NCBI GenBank assembly: GCA_051362555.1
Contig: CM120641.1
Span: 44,646,401 to 44,710,400 of the forward strand
Reading direction: 5' to 3'
Source of the DNA: Lingula anatina
Taxonomy: Eukaryota > Animalia > Brachiopoda
Length of the DNA: 64,000 nucleotides
The notes below the pieces were generated by a model, which was not told where the DNA came from, did no database searches, and saw only the letters and a program-made list of their open reading frames with translations. Every line of letters begins with the position of its first letter. Position 1 is the stretch's first letter. Shown piece after piece: positions 54,086 to 64,000 of this stretch. The position numbers and the translations under genes were made by a program.

Positions 54086-55926
54086 TGACAGGCACCTGTT
54101 TCTTCTCATGGAGTGCTGGGTTACCCATGCCTGATGTAGGACTGTATGTTTTGGAGGTGAACTCCTTAGCCATGTGATTACTTGCTCTTGTCAATATTCT
54201 TATGAGATCCATTCCACTACTATAATGCTCATTTAACTTTGAACAGAGGCTTATTATGAAATAAGATCCATGTGGTCCTTTGAATGAGAAAAATCCTACA
54301 AAAGAGAAAGAAAATTTAACAGTTTACTTCATTGTAAAAAACTATCCCATTCACAAACGCAGAGAAAACAGGTGAGCTCTTCAAACTGTTGCACCAGCTG
54401 ATCATGAAAGTTTCACTACTATAGCTGGCCTACTATTGTGGCCTTCTTTCCCTTCATCTTTGCTGAAACTTAAAATATATCCTTAAAATTTGGAAAAGAA
54501 TTACTGCAAATAATATATATTTACAATTTATATCCTTAAAAATTGGAAAAGAATTACTGCAAATAATATATATTTACAATTTGTGAACTTTGAGCATAGG
54601 GAGCATTCAGATAAACACATCATACTAGTTGGGTCTGTCCAACTCAGCGGGGACTCTCAATAAGTACAATTGGCTTAAATGAATGACATGCCTCCTCAAA
54701 ATGCTAGGGGGTAACTTTCTTTTGCACTTGCCATCCCTGCACATGTTAATTAAAGCAGACCTTACACTAGAAATTATTTGACCAGGGTCCTGGCATCATG
54801 CACTGGGATTTACCTGGAGGAGTGCTGTAAGCTGTCAGAAAGTTATTATATGCAGGGATGTTTCTCATTTCTACTGGGGTAGAAGTTATTGTCCGTGGTG
54901 GGCCTGCTGAAACTTTGCCTGAATGGGCATCTTCTTTGACCAGAACACCATCATCAAGCCCAGTCCCTCGACATGCCTGAAAAAAAAAAACTTTAGTGAC
55001 ACAAACTCTATATATTGTACCAATATGTTAGTGTAACCGGTGTTACACATTCTCCAATGCACAATCACAAACACAAATGATCCACAAATTTTGAGAAAGT
55101 AATATGGACTACGATATCAAAAATCGACAAAACCAAAGCTTTTGAATAAACTTAGAACTTACAATTTGACATTTAGATATTTTGTATATTAAGATCTGAA
55201 TCTGGTCTAAGAAATACACCTCAATTTGAGCCTAAGCCGAGACACATACAAGTACACACATACACAAGAAGAAACAAAGACTGGCTACACATTAGACAAT
55301 AACCATGACCCTGAGTGTTGAAAAAATTGAGGACTCCCAGCTTGTTTTCATTACCTGTATGAAAAACAACTTTGGTTTTCCTTTTAGTGATAAGCATGTG
55401 TCGTCTCGCAGTGGTTGCATAAACATTTCAATATGAAGAGGACCATCATAGCAATGAATGAGTCCCTGGAGAACTGAATCATCTGACGCATCTGGGACCT
55501 CATCTCCATGAGAAAGTACTGCAAACACAATGCAGTCAGCGTCTTCGTTGTATTTTTCATCTTTTGCAGCTGAAATGTAAATATGAATATGCTTAAGAAA
55601 AGTTTTTTTCCATATTTTCTCCAAAAACTATAATAAAAAAAATGGGGAACACTTGCCAAAAGCATCCTTAGTTCAAAAATTCAATTAAAACAGAAAAATA
55701 GTGTGAAGAACGAACAAATCTGCATAAGGTAAGTAAAATAAACTACTGTGAAACATCTTCCCAAACCTGACAATATGGATTCACACAATGGAAACTTGAA
55801 TTCAAGGAATTTTACTTTCCAGCGTGATATTTAATCTTATTTCCTTCAACAACCTATGCTATATCTTTAACATTAACTAATCTTTATCATATATCCATCC
55901 TACAGTGATCTTCATTTAATGAATGT

Positions 55927-55966
<40 letters not shown>

Positions 55967-58496
55967 TTTATTTGAAATATTGCAACCAAAAGGTTGAAGT
56001 TGTACAGATAGAGCTAGGACTATGAATAAATATTATAAAGTAAGTATTAACATAAAAAAATATACATTAACTTAAAAAAACAAACTGACTTTAAAATAAA
56101 TGTGCATAAGACCAACAAATAAAGGCAAAAGGAGTGCAAGCCCAAAAGCCAGGAAAACACTCAAGCACTCTACTTAAACTTCAATAAAACAATGACAATG
56201 GCATGGTCATCTGCTTATTCATTACATAAATAGATATATATTTTTGGCCCTGGACATTGTGTAAAGACACAACAATGTAACACAGTAGTGTGTTTTAGAT
56301 AAGTATTGTGTCACAAGGCGATAAGAAGCAAATACAAGTGTTACTTATAGTCTGATAATTTCTTACAATATCAGATGACCTTCGCTAAAGGAAGTAGTAG
56401 CTATAAAACAAGGCTAACAAGCTATGTTTATGCTGAAGTTAAAATGATCATATAACTATAAACTGATCTGAAATGAACCATATCCACACTGGCTCTGTTC
56501 TTTACCTTCTTCAATAATCTTCTGTGTTTCTGTTGAAGTTAACTGAGTTAATTTTGAACCTTTGTAAAACTTGATGTTTTCTGGAAGAATTTTTTTCTGT
56601 TTAAGTACTGCCTGGAAGGCCTTCTGACGTTCTTCATAAGCAACAGTGGTATCTTTCTCTAAAATACAAGACATAAAAATTTTGGAAGAAAAATATGAAG
56701 TATTGCTTCAAACACATTTTAGTAACTCAAAGACACCCATGAAGTTATATTATTACTGAAAAGTTGTTTTGCTACAAAACGATCTCCCCAGAGTTTAATA
56801 TTTAGGTGACAGTTACTTGTACACATGTCCTCATCAATAAGCATTCAACTTGCTGTTGGTCACTTTATTCAGGTACAGGTAAACTTGAACACACACATGA
56901 AAAATAAATAAATCAATTCAAATATGCATACCAGACCCATTTGCCTTAGCTATGAGTGATTCTGACCCTGGCTGCACATGTATTCCATGATAGATGTGAA
57001 TATCATCTTCTGCAAAACCTAACTTCTTGAAGGTTTCCACCAATATGTTGGCATCACAAATAGAAGCTGAAAGGAGTAAAATCACCCTGCTAAAAAGGCG
57101 TATTTCCAGCAGTATCTGAAAACCTGAGTCAAATGGAATCCATGAGGAAACAACTGTGCAAACATGTGTTTTTAAAAATACTATTTTGTATACACTTTAT
57201 AATCTTACATTTCTATATATACATGTACATGTAGTTGAAATTTTTAAGGTGTGACTGAAATGCGCAATACACTGCAATACAGCGCAACACACTTGATAAC
57301 ACAAGTCCAATTGCAAGTAAACACAGGAAAGGGTAATCTCAAATAAAATAGGGTGATATAAAAGCAAAATATAGTACATAGTAATTAATATTGGTGATAC
57401 AACTTGACAATTTTTTCATTGTTTGGTCAGCCGCCATGTTGGCGAGTAGCTCTTCTTGGCCAGTAATATATCCAAGAAGAGCCACTCGCCAACATGGCTG
57501 CCAACCGGACAATATAAAAGTCTTGCTGATTTGTTAAGTTATATCAACGATATTATATTTACCTAGTAATATAGGTTGTTTTTATATCACCCTGCTTTGC
57601 TGGGAATGGTCATTTCTTTTGTGTAATTGCAACTGGATTTGATTTTTGAAGTGTATTGCACTGTGTTGCGCTGTATTGCAGTGTATAGCGCATTTCAGTC
57701 ACACCGAAATTTTTAATTAAAATGTGTAAAAGAAAAAAGGAATACAAGGTAAATATCAGCAAGAAATCCTCCAGCTTATACTATTTCTTACAGCTGAAAC
57801 CTTTCTAAGTTTAAATGTCAAAAGAAAAAAGTGCAAGTGTACCAAGTCTTTTTTGAATTTCAGTTTTTGGATCATATTCCATGTGGTTAAATATTATTGC
57901 TTTTCCTCTTTTGCCATGATTAAAATCGTAGTGCCACTGCACGTCGCAAGTGCTGTCTCTGAAAATAAAGAAAAATATCAAAAATGTATCCTTTCTGCAC
58001 AAAAATATGTATAACATGCATAAAACTGAACGGTAGAGCATACAAATGCCCACTAGCATTGAATGCAGTTGAAATTTTGGGTACTTTCGTTTTTAAAAAA
58101 TGGCAGGATTTAGCGTCAGCATGATATACATACATGTAAATAGATCTCCACATATACGTACTAACATAGTTTACGTCACATTCGAGTTAACTGACTGTAT
58201 TATAACTCATGACTAGGGAACATAGATATATATTAAACTTTGAATGGTGTGCCTAAAACCTTAGACCTTGACTTAAAGGTAAGGTTTCCCGATAATCTAC
58301 TGGTAGTGTTTTTTAAAATAGTGACAGATGAAGCATCGTTGAAATGAACTGTTTTGTTCGACCCATCGTCAGTGTGGTTTGTAAAGCAAGAACGACTTTT
58401 TAGCTTCAGTTATTTAGTCTCAACCTTGAGCAAGTTGAATATACATTACGAACAAATGATACAAATCGGTAAAACTTACCCGCCACCCGCCGACAT
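54042..58496 (-). CDS. Short-prodomain (effector-type, caspase-3/7-like) caspase, ~350 aa, 7 exons
   Basis: Exons 58496-58480, 57958-57843, 57066-56932, 56658-56506, 55569-55355, 54976-54814, 54295-54042 join in frame. Motifs: RGKAIIFN, VLSHG (catalytic His), KGKPKLFFIQACRG (catalytic Cys), AYSTPPG, GSYFI, KQVP..VSKLTK. Confidence 0.92.
55927..55964. repeat. (AAT)n microsatellite
   Basis: Direct reading. Confidence 0.95.
57247..57705. mobile_element. Palindromic (foldback) MITE in caspase intron 2
   Basis: GGTGTGACTGAAATGCGCAATACACTGCAATACAGCGCAACAC at the left is the near-perfect reverse complement of 57663-57705. Central hairpin CCATGTTGGCGAGTAGCTCTTCTTGG...CCAAGAAGAGCCACTCGCCAACATGG. Confidence 0.8.
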
Positions 58497-58511
58497 CGCT
58501 GGTTGTTTTAA

Positions 58512-58536
58512 GGAAATTTTCCGATAACACTTCCGG
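58512..58536 (-). promoter_or_regulatory. Caspase proximal promoter motifs (ETS CCGGAAGT; Rel/kB-like GGAAAATTTCC)
   Basis: Both motifs lie within 40 nt upstream of the predicted ATG; motif match only. Confidence 0.3.
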
Positions 58537-59018
58537 ATTCGTTGCGCCCTCTATAGAGTGAGCTTAGAAATCTCACCTGTAGCAATCGGTGCATGATAGT
58601 TTGATTTCTCTCACCCATGCACTTAACGGCGATTACGATGGTTAAATAAATACAAAAACACAAGTATTCAAATTTTGTTGAAATTTTTCTTTATTTTCTA
58701 TTCTATTGGTGCTCTTCTCTTCATTGTAGGCCTACATATCATAGATCGAAATAGAGAAAACTTCCACGTAGGCCTACATACTAAGCACATGTAAACAACT
58801 AGTGGAAATACTGCTACAAGTAAGCAAAAGTAATATATGGTTGAACATGAAATGAAATAATATAACCGAACAAAGAATGCCGAGACTGCACCCGTGTAAT
58901 TGTAAAAATTCATTACAACATCTATGTGAACCAAAATACAATGGTAAAAAATAATGAAACGTGCAACAAAATTCTCTACACCAACTTGTTTTTATTAAGA
59001 ATGTAACGTCAACCCTAC

Positions 59019-59418
59019 CTGCTTTGGGAGTCCGGAATTGGGTTCTTCTTTAACCATCCATCACACGAAAAACGAAAAAAATCTTCGCAAGGATCGACAG
59101 AGACGTTGATGTTTGACAAAATTGCATCCGCAGATTTAATACATTCTTGTGTCATACAATAAAGGGACGCGGCTTTGGGTGGCAATGTCGTCTGCGAAGT
59201 TAAACTCGAGGGGAATATGTGAACCAAGCCGTATGCCCCAAGGACCAATATCAAGACCAACAAAACTACGGCAACAGCGCAGAAAAAGAGGAGTAAAGCG
59301 CAGCATTTTTCTCTCACAAAGTCCATCTTTTGCCCTCTTGGTTAGGATCTGTAAGATTGGTCTTGCTGTTAAAGTCCATTTCCATTTCATTTGCGTTTTT
59401 GTGCGGCGATTCCGACAT
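59019..59418 (-). pseudogene. Orphan duplicate of M13 peptidase exon 1 with net +2-nt frameshift (pseudo-exon or alternative first exon)
   Basis: Near-identical to 52361-52758. Two extra nt near 59310-59320 break the frame from the original ATG. Donor GTAGG retained; no duplicated exon 2 follows. Confidence 0.75.
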
Positions 59419-60045
59419 CTTGCGATAATTTTCAGCAATACTTTGTTTAGCGTTTGTTGCTTCGAATCCTTTTGAGATATGCCTTCATAGCAACAGGATT
59501 TTTATTTGAAAGATCACAGTCACCACTGTTAGGCGAATGTCTTTGTGCACGCGAATTTCGTTCAAAAAACACTTCACGTATTTATTATGGGGTCCGCCAT
59601 ATAGATAAACGTCCCAATAAAATATTCGTCCCGATAGATACGTCTCTATACATACACGTCTCAATAGATTTACGTCTCGTTAAATTTACGTTCCGATAGA
59701 TCCACCAACAGATTCCTATAAACCCACGTATCTTTAGATACAGGTACCGCTAGATCCATCTATCTGACATCGTAATCGGCTAAAAGGCCCATATCAACTT
59801 GTGGTACAGGTATGAGGCTTTCGAGTGATAGTCTGGCTGCAAATACTGACCCACTTAGTGATCTGACTTAATCACAACCTGATATTTATTATTTATTCAT
59901 TTATTAATGTATTTATATATTTATTAGGTGTTCAAACAAGACATACATGTACGTTAGCGTCTACACTCTAAAGTTCGGGAATGCCTCGTAAACATGAAAC
60001 AGAACACATTTTAAGTGTGCAAATATAACATTTTGAGAACGCATT

Positions 60046-60270
60046 AAACAGTGTTCTGGCACCTGAACACTAAGCATATTGTGAAATATAGAACACATTT
60101 TTGTTCTTTTTTTTTTTTTTTTTTTTTTGTTTTGTTTAGAACAGATTTACATGTAAATTCAGAACACTTTTTACGTGTTCGAATGTTACATTTTAAGAAC
60201 GCTTTAAACAGTGTTCTGACGCTAGAACAGTAAGCGTTGTGAAATATAGAACACATTTTTGTTCTTTTTA
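60046..60270 (+). repeat. Direct repeat around a poly-T tract
   Basis: TAAACAGTGTTCTG...TAAGC..TTGTGAAATATAGAACACATTTTTGTTCTTTTT occurs twice, ~160 bp apart. Confidence 0.7.
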
Positions 60271-61164
60271 TGTTCTTTCACAGAGTATTGTGTGAAAACG
60301 ATCTAGTAGAATAATATATTGCTGGAAGTTTTAATATGTGTACTGTCGCTTTAAAGAAGTGCATTTTATGTACTGAGTAGTATACCAACTATTTTGAGCA
60401 ATAGTGTACCTGTAACGGATCTATCGGTATTTAGATCTAAAAATACGTGGATCTATAGGTATGCGGATTTAAAGGACGTGGGTTTATGAGGACGTTGTAT
60501 CTATAAGAACGCAAATATACAGGACAGCAGTAAAAAATCGGATCTATCGGTATTTAAATCTAACAAGGCAGCAAAGCTGTCAAATGTACAGACAAAAAAC
60601 AGGAAAAAAAGATGCAAAATAGGTCAATTTGTCAATTTTGATGCAATAATAAATAATGCTTATAATAGCACAGTCTGTCAACAGTGATTTTAATCATGCA
60701 CAACAGGTAACATGGTCAATAACAGGAGCAGATCCAGAGATATTTTCTGACAGTATTCCAAAGTATCTATGTTGATCCATCCTCCATTTTGATGGTCTTC
60801 CAACAGAAAAAAAATAGATACCAGTCAATATAAACTTAATAACCTGACTGTCTTCCGGAAGACCCAGAAGATGGTCTCAATCCACCCCTTCAATAAGATT
60901 ACAGTTTCAGGACCATGAGAGACCAAAGTCACATGATGAAAGTCTCAATATTTGAAAAATGATGACAGTGCATAAAATAATATAACATAATGTTTAAAGA
61001 CATAAAAAACAATACAACTGCTTATGTGGAAATACAGAAAATGAGCAGAGCCTCAGGTGGATGGAAGTTATAAGTCACAAATGCCGGCCCAGTGTTTGAG
61101 AAAAAATTAACAAGGCAGCAATTGTTGATTATTATTGGTTATTGTCCTCTTTGGCCCACTTCTG

Positions 61165-61268
61165 ACAGTTCCTGAAAATTTCAGCAAAATTGGTCCGTAA
61201 CTTTTTGAGTTATGTTGATGACAGACAAACAGGGGTGAAAATATAACCTCCTTGGCAGAGGTAAATAT
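61165..61268 (+). mobile_element. Short interspersed repeat fragment; related inverted copy at ~35095-35180
   Basis: CCTGAAAATTTCA...GACAGACAAAC...AACCTCCTTGGCAGAGGT; the reverse complement resembles CTCCGCCAAGG...GTTTGTATGTGTCAGCAACAT...GAAATTTTCAGGA in an intron of gene A. Confidence 0.55.
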
Positions 61269-61416
61269 AATTCCAATGAAGCTGCTATTCAAACTTTTAA
61301 TCTTTGAGTTTGATATATATCAAAACTTATTTGCAATATTAAACAAAATTTACCTGCATAATTATCACACAATTGGCCTATCTGTTTTTCCTATATTGTG
61401 TTTTCAGTGTTGCATG

Positions 61417-62213
61417 TATGCTGAAAAAAAAGGGAAAAAACAGCTTAACTTCCATAAAAGTGGCCCGATCCTGCTGATTTTGGAACTCGACTTGTGTATT
61501 ATGAATATTTATCAGTTCTGTAAGTTTCAAGCCAAAGGGTAAAACAGTTTTTCATTTATCATGTTATCGGTGTTGCAAAAATGCTGAAAAAAGTGAAAAA
61601 ACAGCTTAACTTCCATAAAAGTGGCTCGATCATGCTGATTTTCGAACTTGACCTGCCTGTTTTGAATATTCATCAGTTCTGTAAATTTCTAGCCAAAAGG
61701 TTTAATGGTTTTCCATTTATTGTGTTATCCGTGCTGCATATATGCTGAAAAAAATTAAAAAACAGCCTAAATTCACTAAAAATGACCCAATCACACTGAT
61801 TTTCGAACTTAACCTGCGTATTATGAATATTCATCAGTTCTGTAAGTTTCAAGCCAGAAGGTAAAATGGTTTTCCACTTATTGTGTTATCGGGGCTGCAT
61901 ATATGCTGAAAAAAGTGAAAAAACAGCATAAATTCCCTAAAAGTGACCCGATCATGCTGATTTTCGAACTTGACCTGCCTATTTTGAATATTCATCAGTT
62001 CTGTAAATTTCAAGCCAAAAGGTTTAATGGTTTTCCATTTATTGTGTTATCCGTGCTGCATATATGCTGAAAAAAGTGAAAAAACAGCATAAATTCCCTA
62101 AAAGTGACCCGATCATGCTGATTTTCGAACTTGACCTGCGTATTATGAATATTCATCAGTTCTGTAAGTTTCAAGCCAAAAGAAAAAACAGTATTCCACT
62201 TATCGTGTTATCG
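61417..62213 (+). repeat. Tandem repeat, ~161-bp unit, ~5 copies
   Basis: ATGCTGAAAAAA recurs at ~61418, 61581, 61742, 61903 and 62064, with the conserved core GAATATTCATCAGTTCTGTAA. Confidence 0.95.
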
Positions 62214-63352
62214 GTAAAAGTGCACGGCGACGACGGCGACGACAGACGCAGATGATGGCTATATGTACAGACACATCTGTGTCTGTACATAAAAAGACAT
62301 TTTTTCCGTTTTTCCTTTATGTATCTATCGGTAACGGGAGTATAGGGACGTGTAATATTTTGGGACTAAATTTTATCCGTACGTACACTTTATTATGTAG
62401 GCCCTGATAACCGATTATGTACTACATACATTTTTGTATATAGATGGGGTACGCGATAAGCACAATTGGCCTACAAAGCCGTTGTGTATTAAACAAGAGC
62501 GATAATTAGAGAGGAAAATGGGTTACTTGATATCAAATGTATATGTACTATGAGAGAGAGAGAGAGAGATGACAAACAGACTGACCAATAGACAAGCATG
62601 ACCTGTTAGGCTTGCAACCGCAAAAATGAAAGTAAGAAACGAAACGGAAAACTTCTACACTGTATTTTCGTTTAAATGACACTTTGACGAATAATTGCTT
62701 GCTCTTTCTTCGGTAATTTATTATAACGTCTTGTGAAACCGTTGGTACAATTTGATTATCTTAATATCGTTTACATATTAAATTTATGTACAGACAATCT
62801 TCGTTTGTGAAAAAACTTCGTTGGCGAGATACCTTTGAATTATTGCCATGATACGACCTCAGAATGTCTTTATATGGTTAAAAACATTTCACCGGTATTG
62901 GTTGTACATAAAACGATGCGATTTGAAAAGAAGCACATACAATTCATAATGGTGAGAAATGGAGATGGATTTCAATCCTCCCCGGCAAATTTGAATAACT
63001 AATGAAAATCATTCTAGAATACAGAGTTTGCATTAAACAAATAAGGCACATTCATTACGGAAAAAACAAATGCATGAATCCGACATGACCACATAAGGTG
63101 ACAAAACTTTTCAAAATTATCGAGACGGCAGAGAGTCATCTTCGAACAAAAATTTCATGAATGACTAAATTTTCTAGTTTTTACTTTTTAACAATACTGG
63201 TTATTATAAGGTGAAAACAAAAATGCAATCAGAACAATGTTCCTCGCCAATGGAAAACAACGTGGTGTCTTAAATCTTGATTGGTAGTGAAGACGATCAC
63301 TCTGTCAATTTTTGAGACAATGTATGAATAGTCCACTAATACATAAAGCCAA

Positions 63353-63606
63353 TCAATTGACAGTGAAGACGACCAGTTTAGTCAATTTAGAGACGATGAC
63401 AGGCACCTGTTTCTTCTCATGTAGTGCTGAGTCACCCCTGCCTGATGTAGGACTGTATGTTTGGGAGGTGAACTCCTTAGCCATGCGATCACTTGCTTTT
63501 GTCAATATTCTTATGAGGTCCATTCCACGATTGTAATGCTCATTTAACTGTGAACAGAGGTTTATTATGAAATAAGATCCATGTGGTCCTTTGAATGAGA
63601 AAAACC
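63353..63606 (-). CDS. Last exon of second caspase paralog (rest outside window)
   Basis: Intact 254-nt exon GFFSFKGPHGSYFIINLC...KQVPVIVSKLTKLVVFTVN*, same acceptor and length as 54295-54042. Confidence 0.88.
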
Positions 63607-63835
63607 CTAACAAAGAGAAAGAAAATTTATCAGTTAACTTAAGTGAAAAAACTATCCACTTCACAAACACAGAGAAAACAGGTGAGCTCTTCAAACTGTT
63701 GCACCAGCTGATCATGAAAGTTTCACTACTATAGCTGGCCTACTATAGTGGCCTTCTTTCCCTTCATCTTTGCTGAAACTTAAAACATATCCTTAAAAAT
63801 TGGAAAAGAATTACTGCAAATAATATATATTTACA

Positions 63836-64000
63836 ATAGGAGTTGTCCGGGATAGCCTATTTTGAACATCTGCGCAGCAGATGACGTCAAACGAGACCTG
63901 GATTGGAGCGAGATTTCACGAGAGGTGGGGTTAAAATCTGCCATTGAAACTTCTCTCGCGTCTTCTCACAAGTCTATGTTATAGGATTGCATTAAGTAAA
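63836..64000. mobile_element. Start of an insertion specific to caspase copy 2 intron
   Basis: Homology to 54420-54580 stops abruptly at AATAGGAGTTGTCCGG; the other end is not in the window. Confidence 0.4.

Larger units (their letters stand above)
60562..62295 (+). mobile_element. Helentron/HINE-like non-autonomous element with internal satellite array
   Basis: 5' subterminal ATGTACAGAC (60583-60592); 3' hairpin ATGTACAGACACATCTGTGTCTGTACAT (62263-62290) preceded by a (GAC/GGC) microsatellite; A-rich ends. Confidence 0.7.
59590..62388. mobile_element. Composite insertion: foldback-like DNA element with modular subterminal inverted motifs and nested elements
   Basis: Absent from duplication unit 1. 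TTTATTATG lies on both sides (59581-59589, 62389-62397). CGTCCC/CGATAGAT modules at the left are inverted (ATCTATCG/GGACG) at 60415-60560 and 62320-62360. Confidence 0.6.
52203..63836 (-). repeat. Tandem segmental duplication of M13 exon 1 + caspase (unit 1 52203-58866; unit 2 from 58867 probably beyond the window end)
   Basis: 52203-52910 matches 58867-59570; 52930-54580 matches 62390-63836 after a ~2.8-kb insertion. Confidence 0.92.

Noticed and set aside
54478-54580. ~54-bp local tandem duplication in a caspase intron
   Set aside because: Simple slippage duplication (single in the paralog) with no evident function.
61417-62213. Repeat array as a CRISPR locus
   Set aside because: Whole 161-bp units are repeated with no unique spacers, the context is eukaryotic, and there are no cas genes.

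Overview
AT-rich animal (probably marine invertebrate) genomic DNA with spliced genes, assembled here by hand from GT-AG junctions and reading-frame continuity. Left half: a 12-exon BMPER/crossveinless-2 gene (+) with a long non-coding upstream region. Right half: three consecutive tandem duplications. (1) Two intronless 464-aa type II membrane ORFs with fungal beta-1,2-mannosyltransferase (GT91)/GH130-like motifs, a horizontal-transfer candidate. (2) Two unrecognised small membrane glycoprotein genes with an N-terminal TM plus a C-terminal GPI-like signal, i.e. a tetherin-like double-anchor topology. (3) A unit made of the first exon of a 19-exon M13 (neprilysin/ECE-like) peptidase plus an atypical short-prodomain caspase. 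Also present: an internally deleted RTE-like LINE, a Helentron/HINE-like element carrying a 161-bp satellite, MITEs and microsatellites. Family calls rest on motif recognition only; no database searches were run.
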